This document shows, in pieces, positions 38,766-53,273 of a DNA stretch of 64,000 nt. The position numbers and the translations under genes were made by a program. Each line of letters begins with the position of its first letter. Position 1 is the first letter of the stretch. The stretch is from Octopus sinensis. Its lineage: Eukaryota. Location of the stretch: the NCBI RefSeq assembly GCF_006345805.1, contig NC_042998.1, positions 8,060,001 through 8,124,000 of the forward strand, given 5' to 3'. A model generated the notes under the pieces. That model made no database searches. It was given only the letters and a program-made list of their open reading frames with translations, and had not been told where the DNA came from.

Positions 38766-39096
38766 GACGTCATCAATGTTTTGACCAATCGTTTCGTTAG
38801 GTGGCTTTAACCAAGTGGAACGGGACGTCATCATTATTTTGACCAATCGCTGCATTATAACTCTCTCTTGTTTGTTTCCTGTCTGACCAGTCGCTTCGTT
38901 AGTCAAGCATAGCGGGACGTCATCCAGATTCTGCCCAATCACGACTTATAGCTACATTAGATCTGCCCCTGTCTGTACTTGTTAGGTGACTATTCAAGCA
39001 GAAAAGGACGTCATCAATATTCTGACTAATGACTGTCCCCTGTTTGTATCCTGTCCATTCTAGCAGAGCTAGACGTCATCAACTTGTTGACCAATC
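38766..39096. promoter_or_regulatory. Array of five CRE-like/CCAAT composite motifs
   Basis: GACGTCATC-N8-GACCAATC-like at 38766, 38824, 38916, 39007 and 39072. Confidence 0.55.
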
Positions 39097-40184
39097 AGAA
39101 TCGGGTCTGACCCTTAGCTGTATCGTATGTATCAGGGTCAGATTTGCACGAAAGAATTTTTTTCCTTTTTTACTAAGGCATATTTCCGTCAGAGTGAGTG
39201 TCTGTTTGAAGTAGCGGCCGTGGTGAAATTTGGTTCTCCTTTTCGGAGGACTTATCTTTTGTTTTAGTATTCCTGGCCCAGGGTGTTTAAACTGGTCTAA
39301 ATTTTTTAATGAAATATAGTTCTTTATTTTGGCGTTGTGTGAAGGTTGCGTTGTCACTGAATTTATAGAGCGGGTTAGTTGTAAATTTCGGATTTACATT
39401 TCCAGCACATCTATCTATGTGTCCGCTGACCGGTATTTTGCGGTAATCAGGGTTTCTAATTTGTGATTTATGCACCGCCATCCTGTTACGTAAGCTATTT
39501 TTGTATGGCCTATATACTGCCTATTGCAGCCTGCGCATGTTATGACGTAAATTAAGTTTTCTGATGCGCAGGTGAAGTTTGTTCTAATGGTGAACTGGTG
39601 GCCTTGTTCCAGTATAAATTCTGATCCTTCTTTCAAGATGACACAGATTCCGCAGTTGGGCCTTCCACATTTTCTAACTGCTGGTTTTGTGGTTGATGTT
39701 GAGTGCAGTGTAGCTTGGGTTAAAATCCTTTTCAAGGATTTTGGTTGCCGTTTACTTTTAATGATGGTGTGTGTTTCGAGGATCCGGTTCATCTTTGGTC
39801 TCCCTTTAGTAGGGCTGTGCTTTGTAGTATGGTGTTGAAGGCCTCATTGTTGAGTGGGTTGTGTGTAGAGATGTAGGGAAGGGTTTTTAATTGTTCTTTC
39901 TTTTTTGGTTTTGTTTGTCTCAGGTCTTCTATACTTAATTTAAGTACCCGTTGGATTGCACTGTCTATTAGGGGCTGTGGATAGTTTCTATTTGTGAGTG
40001 TGGTTCTAAGTTCCTGGAGACGTGTGTGTCGGGTGTTTGTGTCTGATATATATATATATATATATATATATTCTTTTGCTTGATTGAATCATTTGACAGT
40101 AGCCATGCTAGAACACGGCCTTTAGTCGAACAAATCAATCCAGGACTTATTTTTGTAACTCTAGTTCTACATAGTTCGGGGCTC

Positions 40185-41010
40185 GTTTCTTCCTCCTTCC
40201 TGCCGTCATTTTTGTTTAGTCTTTTTTTTCTGAACACATTGAATTTTTGTTTTTCTGTAAACTTTTTCCAATAACAACATGGCAAAAAAGATGAACAACA
40301 CTGCTTTGGAATGAGAGATTATCCCACCCAAACAGTGAATGAAAGACTTCGAAGAGAGGACGGTGGTGTTGAGGACTTACTCGAAGTAACACGACACCTT
40401 CGTTCTCTTTTTGACAGAATTGTCAGAATTGACAGAGTTGACAGAATATCTGTCATCTGTAAAATTTATTGCCAGTGGCGGTGGAGATTAAGTATGCAAT
40501 CTCTTTAGATGGCAAAGAGATTTTGTTTCTTCCCACATATTGTGGGAAGAAGTTGACAAGAGCTTGGTTCTGCGGGTTGCCAACTGGGTTAGAACCTGAG
40601 TGGATACAAGACACTATCCGCCGGGGTCTGGGTGGCAGTGGATCCAAGCTGCTTAACGTTAAAATTTTGCCAGCGGCTGATTGGGTTGAGTCAAAAGCTG
40701 TTTTGACCTTGTGAACCAAATCAGCTAAGAATCTGGTGTTTCCAGACTTTTTGAAAATGGTCCGTTGCAGGTACCCAGTGATACTTGATGGACGTCCCCA
40801 CCCCAAGTGTCACCTGCGCCTGGAACCAGTCCACATTAAAAGGAACTGTCCCCAGGACCAGAGTAGGGACCTGGAACAATTAGTTGAGGAAGAGCTCCCC
40901 TTCCTCCTTCGGAGGGAGAGATGGAGGCAGTCGAGGAGGTGGAAATCTCCACGAAAAAAATGGAGAAAAAAGGAAGAAGGTGGGTAACCATTGTGGTAAA
41001 TAATGAAATT
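40185..41010 (+). pseudogene. Gag-like ORF1 (zinc knuckle) of a non-LTR element, degraded copy
   Basis: KEILFLPTYCGKKLTRAWFCGLP..., then KCHLRLEPVHIKRNCPQ; homologous to the minus-strand copy at 41060-42790. Confidence 0.7.
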
Positions 41011-41059
41011 GGTGAGGGAAGGCAAGCGACGCCCGCCGATCGCTGCTTCTCGAAAACAT

Positions 41060-42790
41060 TGTTCTTTGTTTCTTTCTTAACAAATTGAGGTTATAAATCT
41101 CTTACAAATGAGGCACTAAACCTCTTACATTTTTCATAATAACAGATTGAGGTTATAAATCTCTTGCTTTAAATCAACTGGACCCAATGTTCTTACAAAT
41201 GAGGCACCGAGCCTCTTATATTTTTCATAATGGGCCATATGCCTCTACAATACGAGGCACTAAGCCTCTTAATTATCTTCCGCCCCGCCGGCACCCGGCC
41301 AGGTTCAGTGCCTCACTCAAGCACCTCGATGGTACTAGGTCGGGGCTCTTCAGCAGGAAGCGGAATGTGTCTTCGGGGAAGGAGTTCATCACCTTGCTCA
41401 AATCTGTTTCCCACACGAATTCTGCAGCTACTGCGGAGGCCAACTAGGGTCCTTAGTACAGGTTAGAATCCCTCCTCTCCGACCTTCTTTGTTAAACTTT
41501 TTAACAAATTCTTGAATTGCCCCTACCTTGTGGAATAGGATTACAAATTCCTCTTCTACATAGGAAGAGGCCACAGTTTCCACTGTTGGTGGCACAATTC
41601 CCACTGACGGGGCTTCGGGACATGCCAGCAGTGTACTAGCAACCGCTGACAATATCCCGTTTTTCTTTTTCTTTTTCTTTTCTCCTTTACGGCGGGAGGG
41701 TGGAGTTTTACTTTCTCCGCATGATTTTCCTTCCCTCCCGCCGCCTCAGGATCCTTCGGTGGGCAACCATTGTTACCCACCTTCTTCCTTTTTTGGCCCT
41801 TCTTCGAAGAGGCTTCCACCTCCTAATCTGTCTTCATCTCTCCCTCTGAATGAGTAGGGGAGGGCGTTCCTTTCACTAACTGCTCCTGGACCCTACTCTC
41901 ATCCTGGGGAAAGTTCTTTTTTATATGACCTGTTTCCAGGCACAGGTGACACTTGGTGGGGGCGTCCCTCAATTATCACAGGATACTTGTTACCATCCAT
42001 GGAAAAAAAATCTGGTAAGACCAGATTTCTTGCGGCTGATTAGGTCCACAGGATCAAGACAGCCTTTGACCCAACCCAATCAATCGCCGGCAACAACTTC
42101 ACATTTAGCAACTTGGATCCACTGCCACCCAGGCCCCAGCGGATAGCATCTTCTATCCATTCGGGTTCCAACCCAGGAGGTAATCCGCAGAACCAAGTTC
42201 TTGCCAACATCTTCCCACAATATGTGGGAAGAAACAGGATTTCCTTGACCTTCAAGCGCTGGCTCGCAGACCTGCGTGCCTCTTCAGGGGTGTCAAACAG
42301 CAACCACACCGTTGTATCTTTGGCACCGCTGGAAATAAATTTTATGGTTGGCAGATACTCTGCCAACTCTTCCCCAATCACAATTTTCTTGGAGACGGTG
42401 ATAGTGTCAAGCGACTTTGAGTATGTCCTCAACATCACCGTCCTCTCTTGCAAATCTTTCACCCATTCTTTAGGTGGGACAATCTCCCACTCCAACACAG
42501 TGTTTTATTTCTTCGCCAGGAAAACAGTTCAAGAAAAACAGTTCAAGAACACAGCAGACACAAATTTTCAGCCACTAGATACTCCAGCTCAACTGGTACT
42601 CCAAATAGCAACAGGAACGCAGCAACCGGAACACAGCTTCCACAAATTTCACCAAAAGTTGGCGAAAAAAAATTCCACAATTTTTGGAGGCGAGATACGC
42701 CCCCAAAACAACAAACTTCTCACCGCTAAGTGAGACACTAAGCGCAACAACAGGCCGACAAATGCCCGGAATCCAGTAGAGATTTCTTGT
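41060..42790 (-). mobile_element. ORF1-only non-LTR element (Tx1/L1-like ORF1, possibly HAL1-like)
   Basis: ORF 42040-42498, frameshifted knuckle KCHLCLETGHIKKNFPQ (~41960-41910), basic KKGQKRKK region, stop near 41275, then a 3' region of short repeats (AAGAGGCTTAGTGCCTC-like x3). No ORF2 seen. Confidence 0.65.
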
Positions 42791-43020
42791 TCGACAAAAT
42801 AAACACAAACAACAAACCTCCACTGAACCCCACCACCAAAAAAAAATGTCTTACCTTGTAGTTGTGCTTCACTTGCTCAATAATTCCCGATGTTGGTGTA
42901 CTGCGTCGTGACTCGTAGCAATGCAAAGAAAAGCACTGACCAACGCATGCGTGGGAAGCAAGCTTCTCACTGCTCTGCTACGCCTGCCCTTAAATGTGTG
43001 TGTGTGTGTGTATATATATG

Positions 43021-43052
<32 letters not shown>

Positions 43053-44409
43053 TGTATGTATGTATGTATGTTGTACTATTTTAAAATATCTCAGGAGACA
43101 AAAATTAAAATATTTCGATTCATATATAATATGTAACGGATATCGCACAAACTTTGAAGAAACAATTCCAGAACAATCACTTATACAAGCATTTAATTAC
43201 ATGTATTTTATGAAGTTCTCATAACATACAGACACTCAACAAAAACTACTTTCTACCAAATAGAAATAAAACAAATTACCGGCGCTCTTAGGACTTTAAA
43301 AATGATTATATTTTAATATTTATCAGGATTTTCTAAAATTCCATGGGGCACCTACACACACCCCGAGGCACACCATTTTGGAACTACTGAGTTAAACGTA
43401 ATTTTCGGGTAGATCCAATATGAGACTATGTATAACAAGCTTGTCCATCAAAGTACACCAACTGTCTCTCTGACGGGATTTTATATAGTTTTCCTCAGCA
43501 AAATCACTTTCAGATTTCAGTCGACCTCTGGCGATGGGAAAAAGACACTTGTCCGAAATTTCATGCAACGGAATCGAACCCGAGGTTTGATGGCCGTGAG
43601 GCAAACTTCTAAACCGTCGTCCATGTCTGCGTTCATATCGCATACATACCCACACCCATAAATACACACACACACATACGCACATTTACATGTACACCCA
43701 CACAAATAGATGAACAGATAAAAATTGTAAGCATTTACATTACTTCCGTATATATCAAAGCTTTTTGTCGGTAACTACAGTGGCTCTCAACCTGGCAAGT
43801 ACGAGGCCGCCTCACCACCATCCACAAAAAACATACTACCGAAATATTTTGCCCCACCTTATTAATGAGAAAACAAAATAGAATTTGTATTTATATAGTT
43901 CTTCTTTTTTTTTTGTATGGCGCTGGACTTGTGTAAACATTTTTAACATCTTCGCTGTAAATGAGTTAATTCATTACAACAGGATGATATGCGGAAGTAC
44001 AGTCCACCGCTTTAACTAGCGGGAACACGGCAATTCTCCCGCCTCATTTTCAGTACTCACTGTCCTCCCCGCTATGAAAAACACTAGGTTACTATACACC
44101 GTTTAAGAGATGCAGTGAACCAAGTGTATTAGATAACAGTGTACCGATCGAACGGCTGACACTCAATATCCCATTATTGGCCCTCTTAACTTTGGTCTCT
44201 CAACCTTAAATTACTTAATTCACTTCACCACTACACAATGGTATACAGGAATACAGAAGAATATTTTACAAATGATTTATCTTATGGTAGTATGTAGAAC
44301 AAATCTAATCCTTGGTTAGATCTATGAGTGATTCTGAATGTGCTTTTGTTTTTGAAAGTACCTCTATGTGCTATTGAGATTTTTTTAAACAGGAATTTCA
44401 TATTCTATT

Positions 44410-44808
44410 ACTCTTTTACTCTTTTACTTGTTTCAGTCATTTGACTGCGGCCATGCTGGAGCACCGCCTTTAGTCGAGCAAATCGACCCCAGGACTTATT
44501 CTTTGTAAGCCCAGTACTTATTATATCGGTCTCTTTTGTCGAGCCGCTAAGTGATGGGGACGTAAACACACCAGCATCGGTTGTCAAGCAATTCTAGGGG
44601 GACAAACACAGACACACAAACACACATATATATATATACATATATACGACAGGCTTCTTTCAGTTTCCGTCTACCAAATCCACTCACAAGGCATTGGTCG
44701 GCCCGGGGCTATAGCAGAAGACACTTGCCCAAGATGCCACGCAGTGGGACTGAACCCGGAATCATGTGGTTGGTTAGCAAGCTAATTACCACACAGCCAC
44801 TCCTGCAC
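44410..44808 (-). mobile_element. SINE family 2
   Basis: Matches the other family 2 copies. Confidence 0.85.
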
Positions 44809-47355
44809 CTATTACAAGGGGTTTTTTTTGTTTCAAGCAATGAATACCCTAGATTTAGCTATGATTCTTAAACTTTCCGAACGGGTGCTTTTACTCTTAA
44901 CATTGAAGAAGAAAAAAGAACTTGCGAGTAAGAATTATCAGCTGCCTAAACTAACCAATATAAGTAAGTCATCTGCAACTTGAAAACAAAAATGTTGCCT
45001 ATATATGACACTTTAAATATAAGGCATACGGATGCATGGGGTTTTTTGCAGATGTTTATCATTTGCATTTTTATTTGTCCAATGCTTCACTAAAACAGGC
45101 GAGAAATTTTGTGTTACAACAAAACGCGGACATAGATGGCTCCCAGTAAAGTCGTGCAAGAAACTACTAACACGTTTCATTGTTTTATTTTGCTTTTCTT
45201 TTACATAACTTAAAATTGTAAAGGCTTTTAAGAATTAATGTTTATATCTGCCCAGAAAACCTGTGAATAATTAACTACTCAGCATTTTCCATAAACAAAA
45301 TAAGATCCACGTAAACTTTAACTTTCAAGTAAAGTTGACTAATCGCAGTCGGTTCTAACATCTATTTTAGTAGAATCTAAATATAACAATATAAGACACA
45401 AAAAGAGAATTTTAACATTAAAATGTTTCAGGTAGTTTGATTATCCTCCTACACACAGTTTAAAGAACGCAGAAACAGTGGGACTTTAAAAACCAAACAG
45501 CACACACCTAAGGAGAAAAAAAGAAAGTAAACGGAAACACGAAAAATATATTTATATAATGACTTCTAAATTTTTGAAATTGTAATCTTTATATAAAGGC
45601 GGCTTGCTGGGTTGGTGTAGTTTGGCGAAATGGTTAAGAATCCCTCTTTGAAAGCACGAAACCCTGGTTTCAATCCCACGGCGGCGTAATATCATAACTA
45701 ATTTTCTACAGCTTCGAGTCGCCCATTCCTTGCAAGTGAAATTGGGTACACAGAAATCACAAACTCTTCAAAGGAATTGTAGCCGTAATTCAAAAGGTAC
45801 GTCCTTATCACACGCCGTGTCACGCTGATTCTCACTGAGATTTAAATAAAGGGTTGTGCAATACTTGACCACTTACATGTTAATTCAGGAACAGTTAATC
45901 AAACAACTGCATCTTCATCGTCGAATGACGAAGATTCGCCCCCAGCATACAGAGAAATTGTTCTTTATTTAGAACAGTAGAGTCTGATTTCAGCAGAGTA
46001 TATTTGCCAGCTATTTTTGCCAGATCGAGATACTAAATACATACAGTAATGTCATTTATACATTATCGATGGGAAATATTTCTGACTAAGGGCTCGTTAG
46101 CAAGATACTTTTGAGGCTTCAATCAGTGAAACTACATCGGGACACCATCCTTTTAGAAGCTACAAGACATTGCTTCATGTTCTCTTCAGCCTTAGAATAC
46201 TTCCACTTCGAACTCAGCTTGGAATAAACCCGGTAGTGATTTGTGCAGTAGTTAAAAGCAAATTCAGGATCTTGTTGTCTTTGTCCGAGTCATACTACGA
46301 GACTAATAGAAAATGTATGAAAAACTCGATCAATAGCACCAGCACTAAAGCCGCAGGCACTTAGTTTGTCTACAAAAAAGAATGCTTTCTTGCAATGTGA
46401 GACTGGCTAGCTCTGTATTCTAAGCGGTTTTAGAATTGCTTTTGGATGCTTTACCGCCTACTCATCAGTTCAAACGACCTTGTAAGTAATAAACCTGCTG
46501 ACAAAATCTTAATACTAGCGGAGCATTTATCCTCAAATTCTTTCTGTAGGCATCAATCATTTCCATCATGATCTCTTCCCCCATTCAGATCTCTTCGCAA
46601 CAAGACAAATTGAAAGATAAGAAAAATTCTCTAACTCAAGCCACTCAAAATTTGCACTTTATAATTTCAACACCTTGCAAAAGGTTTGTCCATTGTGACC
46701 TTGCATTACTTTGTTCTGTTCCCAAGAAAGGAAACCTTTATCAGCGGGTTACTTTGAAGCTACAAAGCTCATCGTTTCCATTTACAAAAGGATGTGAAAA
46801 ATTATAAACAAACAACAACATTGCTCTCTCGAATCTTTCAGCGTTGTAAATGATTTTCTATTAAGGCTTCTTCAGAACCATATTCATATATACTTTGTTT
46901 ATTACGTTCTATACTAATAGTATCTTGCCCTTGAAAACTTAATGAAAGAGCTTTCAAAATATGATAAATCTCCGGTATCTTTGTCTATTATAGCTCCACT
47001 AATAACTTGGCTCGGAAGCTTCCTGTCAAGTCTCGCTATCGTAAAATATGTTAACAAGTGCTGCGCTCTATTCTCGTATACAATCAAATCGGGATAATTT
47101 TAGTACTCGTTTATGTTTTCCCCTCCCTGTTTCTCTAAATTAACAGCCTATTAGGTTACTTCTAATGCTATACATTCCTATCCAAATAACACCATACTAC
47201 TCTTCTTCTACATTCAAACTTAATATGATCACAACATAAGCACATTTCAGTAGACGCATTTATTCTCTACCAATTGTGACTACAGAATAAAATGTCCATC
47301 TTAAACTTAGACAACACCAAATACACAAACATTACACATCTAAAACAAAAAACCT

Positions 47356-47660
47356 GGATCTTTTCGGTTTGAACGGCAGTTTTTTCTAGCGGTGTCATAT
47401 AAAATTGTCACCCATAATTATGACCCTAGTATCGATCTATTGCATTTCAATGTCTTAGGGTTAGGATTAGTTAGGGTTTGGGGTGGAGGAAGGGTATCTT
47501 TTTTTTCTTCGTAAATATAAATAAACCCAATTTGTTTCTTAAACGAGGAACATTTTCATACAGCACAGAATGTTTTTTACCTCAATAAACGTCACTGATT
47601 GGTTGAAATTGCAGAACTTGAAGAAAAAAACAACAACAATACATAACTATACTAGGAATT
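47356..47660 (+). mobile_element. Merlin-like MITE, truncated
   Basis: Left TIR GGATCTTTTCGGTTTGAACGGCAG and internal TTAGGG repeats; right TIR missing. Confidence 0.75.
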
Positions 47661-47933
47661 CTGAATAGTCTGGACAATACAACCAAATTTTATTCGAGCT
47701 GTGATATTTCAAGTTGTTTTTTTCTGAAATGCGTATCATTTTACGTTTAGTTATTGAAACTTAACAATTTTAGATTCTTCAAATGTATTTCATGAAACCC
47801 TTCTACATCCGTCAGTCAGCAATAATAGGTAATAGAACTACCCTATATAAATACCAAAAGGATATCGGATACACGAAATTTTTATGGGAAATCCTTTATT
47901 TAACTTGAATTAGAGAAAAGACTTTGTGCGTAA

Positions 47934-47969
<36 letters not shown>

Positions 47970-47989
47970 TATATACATATATATATTCG

Positions 47990-48332
47990 TAGGATCGCGG
48001 TTTCGATTCCCAGACCGGGCGTTGTGAGTGTTTATTGAGCGAAAACACCTAAAAAAAGCTCCACGAGGCTCCGGCAGGGGATGGTGGTGATCCCTGCTGT
48101 ACTCTTTCACCACAACTTTCTCTCACTCTTACTTCCTGTTTCTGCTGTACTTGTATTTCAAAGGGCCGGCCTTGTCACTCTCTGTGTCACGCTGAATATC
48201 CCCAAGAACTACGTTAAGGGTACACGTGTCTGTGGAGTGCTCAGCCACTTACACGTTAATTTAACGAGCAGGCTGTTCCGTTGATCGGATCAACCGGAAC
48301 CCTCGTCGTCGTAACCGACGGAGTGCTCCCAT
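47990..48332 (+). mobile_element. SINE family 3, 5'-truncated
   Basis: AGGATCGCGGTTTCGATTCCCAGACCGGGCG matches 4411. Confidence 0.8.
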
Positions 48333-48337
48333 CCCAC

Positions 48338-48384
<47 letters not shown>

Positions 48385-48997
48385 TGTGCATGTATGATTT
48401 TTATATAACGTATCTGTATGTATGTCTGCGTATATTTCTGTGTCCATGTGGGCGTATTAGACAGGATGTTAGCAAAAGAAAATGCTGTTTCAGCAACTTC
48501 CATCTCACACTAAGGAAACATACTCTGTTGGATTACGTACCTAAACTTTCGTTTGAACTATTTATGCTTCGTATGTATGTTCCCGTCAAATTCCTCTACG
48601 GACGCAGTATTTTCCTCGCTGGGAGGTATGTTGTATTAGCACAGCCATGCTGTGTGTGCTTAAGGAGTTCGCTTCGCAACAACGTGGGTCTGGCTGCTAT
48701 CCTATCGCATAGTACATAGGCCAAGTGTCTTTTACTATTACTTTTATTAATACATACCTTGTAAGTGGAATTTATCAGTGGGGAAACTATGCGGAAGTTC
48801 ATAGCGTGCGTGGCTGTGTGGTGGTGGCGGCGTGCATGTATGCATGCGTTTGTGTTTCACCGATATAAATCGGCAAAAGATTAAAAAATTCGTGAAAGAA
48901 AAGAGGAAGCACGAACGAAAGTAACGGTGTTTTACGAACGAATTACTGTTTTTATGACATAGCAATAACGATAACAGTGAATATTGAAACAAATTTT

Positions 48998-49407
48998 GGA
49001 TCTTTTCGGTTTGAACGGCAATTTTTTCTAGCGGTGTCATATGAAATTGTCACCCATAATTATGACCCTAGTATCGATCTATTGCATTTCAATCTGTTTT
49101 AGGGTTAGGGTTAGGGGTAGGGGGAAGGGTATATTTTTTTTTTCACAAATGTAAATAAACCCAATCTGTTTCTTAAACGAGGGACATATTCATACGGCAC
49201 AGAATGTTTTCACCTCGATAGACGTCATTGATTGGTTGAAATTGCAGAAATTGAAGAAAAATAACATATCTTACAAACTATAGAATTTTCTCAATAAAGC
49301 CAAGAGAAAAAGATGTTTTATAAACACATTCTACCAGTATACGAAGTTTAAAAGTGTTTAGTTACGTGGAAATTATGTTAAAACTGCCGGTCAAACCGAA
49401 AAGATCC
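48998..49407 (+). mobile_element. Merlin-like MITE with internal telomeric repeats
   Basis: TIRs GGATCTTTTCGGTTTGA...TCAAACCGAAAAGATCC; TSD CAAATTTT/CAAATTTC (7 of 8 match); internal TTAGGG repeats. Confidence 0.85.
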
Positions 49408-52067
49408 CAAATTTCATTGAATACTTTTAACTCTATCTATTCGAAAAAACATTTTTTTAAAAATAGAATACATGTCCTATACACTATTACTTTTTAATGT
49501 ATGACTACATTTCAACAAGAGCACCGAATATGTTTCGGCAAGTATGAGGTATCAAAGCACTCAGGAACAAGGTTTTTCAACTTTTAGTTTCAATGTGTGT
49601 AGCTAGAACAAACCTGCTGCTGTTATTTCATTGTGACTGTCAGTAGACCTTATTTCAGTGTGTATTAGTTAATATAACAGCCGTGAATAAGCAGAGTATT
49701 TTCGATAAAAATATTACATTCCTGGGACGGATGTTATTTTCATCAGAATCCTTATCTTCCATCATCTATGCTTTTGAATTTGCAGATAACCGCAAGGAAT
49801 ATAACGATGTACATTTCGTTAGAAACTATTTATTTTTGTGTTAAATTGCATAGTAGTCTTTTTGCGGTCTGTCAAGTATTTAGAGAATGATAGAATATAA
49901 TGAAATAAAGAAGACCTTTAGCGTGTGTATGTGAGCGATTTCTTTATTATCCATAAATAACTATACATAGAATTGAGCAATACAACTGATGGGGTCAGTA
50001 AGCGGTATGATTTTACATATAATATGCCTTTAAAAATTTAAAAACAATATATAAAAATCGAATGGACAAAACAATACCAAAACAATACAAATGAAGCGAT
50101 GATCAGGCCACATTTCGACCCCACAAGCCCCGATCTACCGCTGGTACCTTTTTTTTCTTTTTTTTCCGGTCTATTCACACGGTTCCTTGCACGCGCAACA
50201 CTCGTACAACATGCTTCCATCTCTTTTGGAACGTACACTCCGACAGACACCTTTTCTTCAGCCACAGCTTCCTTTTCAAATGAAAAGAAAAAAAGATCGT
50301 AAATTGTGACCAGAGACAAAGCTGCCTTTCTTTAACGTGTGTATGTGAGCGTGTATACATACACATCCCATTGGCGAAGTCTCGGATATTAAATAAAGTG
50401 TTAAACATTTGTAGTATGCAAATTAGTGGACCCACATCCCGGAATCTACTGGATCTTATGAACATATAAATGGACTGCCTACTTGTTTCAATGTTATTGA
50501 TCAAATGATGTAGACATCTGCGATGTAATCCCAATAAAGATTGGAAAATCTTCGGAGAAATAGTTTGATTTGCTATATTTATTTGTAGGTTTACATTATT
50601 GTACTTTATCAGTATCATTGCTCACTGACAAGGTAGGTAGTATGATATATACAAATGTCGTGTGTGTGTGGGTAAAAACGAGAGATGAAATTCTAAATTT
50701 GCTCCGGCTCCTAATTGAAAAAAAATATATGACTATCAAGTTTCTTTGGTTAATATGCTACTAAAATTGTACGTTAACAGTCGTGCAGAAAACGTATGTA
50801 TATGGAGATCCTGAAGGATGAAAAAAGTTTGGCAAAATACTGGTAGTCCGACGCATGGAGATAACTGGCAGAGGAATAGTGGTTAGAGGCGATCACTTTT
50901 GGTGGGCAAATTTGTGCAAGAAAGGAGCACGCTTTGAACGTAGTTTTAATTTGCTTTGTGAAAGTATATAACAAGTGTGCACCTACCGATTTATGGAATA
51001 ACTGTTTAGCTTTTAAGTATTTTTATGGTTTCCGAGAAATGGAATAGCGTAAGCTTTAATCGAGTCGATATAATTAAATTTAACGTTTTACGGGAATATT
51101 GTTGGACGTATTAAAAGTTTTCAAAATCTATTTATATTCACTATAATAAGTTAATAAGTCCAGTAAACTTAAAAGATGTCTATTTTTAAGACTACATAAA
51201 TAACGGTTTCAAATTTTGCCACAAAGCCAGCAATTATTTGGGAGGGAATAAATTGATTACACCAATCCCAGTATTGAACTGGTATTTATTTCATTGACCT
51301 TGAAAGGTTGAACGGTAAATCGACTTCGGCGGAATTTGAACCCAGAACAGAACGAACTGGAAGAAATGCCGCCCGCAAGGCATTTGGTTAGACAGTAAAT
51401 AAGTAATTCTTTCTACTTTAGGCGCAAAACTTGAAATCTTTGGAGAGGTGGCTGATTTATTACATACACACCTGTGATCAACTGTTATTGATGATATTTC
51501 ATCGACTCCGAAAGAAAGAAAGGCAAACTCGACCTCGGTAGAATTTGAACTCAGAACTTAAAGCCTGAAGAATTACCACTAAGCATTTTGTACCGACACG
51601 GAAACGATTCAGACAGCTCGCCACCTTATAGTATATAAATAATACGATGAATTCTATACCGGTAAAATCTCCTGAAAAATCGGTTAATCTCTTGTAATGA
51701 ACGAAATTTTAGATTTTTAGGACAACTGTGTATTATTATGGCTTTTAGAAAAAGTAGTTTAGAATGCAATACAAAACATATTTAATGAGTAGCATTTTCA
51801 AGTAGATTTCCATTACGCTTAACTTTAACAATGTATTTAATGAAAAATACACGTATAGAGAAAAAGATTAGGGACATTAGGACAACGTATTTTCACAGAT
51901 ATTTCTGTTTCGTTCTTATATCTAGTGCTTCATCATATAACAGAGAAAAATACCTCATCAGTATTCACGTAGCAGTAGTCAAGATGAATTACTATATTAA
52001 AAGCCGAACGCACCATCAATTTATATGTGTGTGTGTGTGTGTGTGTGTATGTTTAATATTGCTGAGA

Positions 52068-52392
52068 CCCCTTTTGGTCATGACTGACCATGGGATTGCA
52101 CCTAGAAAGTTACCCTCCCAGGCACAAGTCCGGGCAAGGTTGTATATGGAAGACCATGCATACCTGCCTCCCCTCCTCACGCCACCAGTGGTATCCAAGG
52201 GAAAGGCAAAGGGGCCGATACAGCTTGGCACCCGTGACGTCGCAACTCATTTCTACAGCTGAGTTAACAAGAGCAAGGTGAAATAAAGTGTCTTGCTCAA
52301 GAACACAACACGCAACCCGGTCCGGGATTCGAACTCACACCCTCATGATCGTAAGTTTCGACGCTCTAACCACTGCGCCATGCGCCTTCACA
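52068..52392 (-). mobile_element. SINE family 4
   Basis: Minus-strand head GAAGGCGCATGGCGCAGTGGTTAGAGCG...GAGTTCGAATCCC (A and B boxes). Confidence 0.8.
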
Positions 52393-52459
52393 TGTTTAGT
52401 ACTATATTTGTTCCACGTCCTCGGTTGTTGTGTTTTTTGTGCTTTCATGTTTGGTTTAA

Positions 52460-52570
52460 CTATATATATATATATATATATAATATATATATGTATTATA
52501 TATGTGTATATATATATATATTATATAATATATATATGTATATATATATGTGTAATATATATATATGTAT

Positions 52571-52621
<51 letters not shown>

Positions 52622-52697
52622 TATATATGTATATATATATATATATATATTATATGTGTATATATATATATATATATGTGTATATATATATTATATA

Positions 52698-52738
<41 letters not shown>

Positions 52739-52756
52739 TATATTATATATATATAT

Positions 52757-52789
<33 letters not shown>

Positions 52790-52835
52790 GTATATGTATA
52801 TATATATATGTGTGTATATATATATATAATATATG

Positions 52836-52886
<51 letters not shown>

Positions 52887-53149
52887 GTAATATATATATA
52901 TATGTATATATATATATTGTATATATATATATTATGTATATATATATATATATATGTATATATTATGTATATATATATATGTATATATATATGTATATAT
53001 ATATATATGTTATATATATATATATATGTATATGTGTATATATATATATATATGTGTGTATATATATATTATATATATATATATATATATAATGTATATG
53101 TGTGTATATATATTATATGTGTGTATATATATGTATATATGTATATGTG

Positions 53150-53182
<33 letters not shown>

Positions 53183-53232
53183 GTATATATATATGTATAT
53201 ATATATAGGTATATATATATGTATATATAATA

Positions 53233-53273
<41 letters not shown>

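Larger units (their letters stand above)
38290..40045 (-). mobile_element. 5'-truncated Penelope-like element (Neptune-like) with GIY-YIG remnant and long 3' region
   Basis: ORF 39415-39792 (minus): KRQPKSLKRILT...KCGRPNCGIC...FTCASENLIYVITCAGCNRQYIGHT, frameshifted afterwards; flanked by (TA)n. Confidence 0.85.

Noticed and set aside
38766-39096. CRISPR-like repeat-spacer array
   Set aside because: Eukaryotic context, degenerate repeats, irregular periods and no cas genes.
46380-46475. Minus-strand CTGATGAG with TAGGCGGT/ACCGCTTA stem
   Set aside because: Followed by GAAT rather than GAAA, and no stem I.
50147-50272. Possible minus-strand exon with a Cys-rich frame (CCACKEPCE)
   Set aside because: In-frame stop in the Cys-rich frame and no recognisable family.
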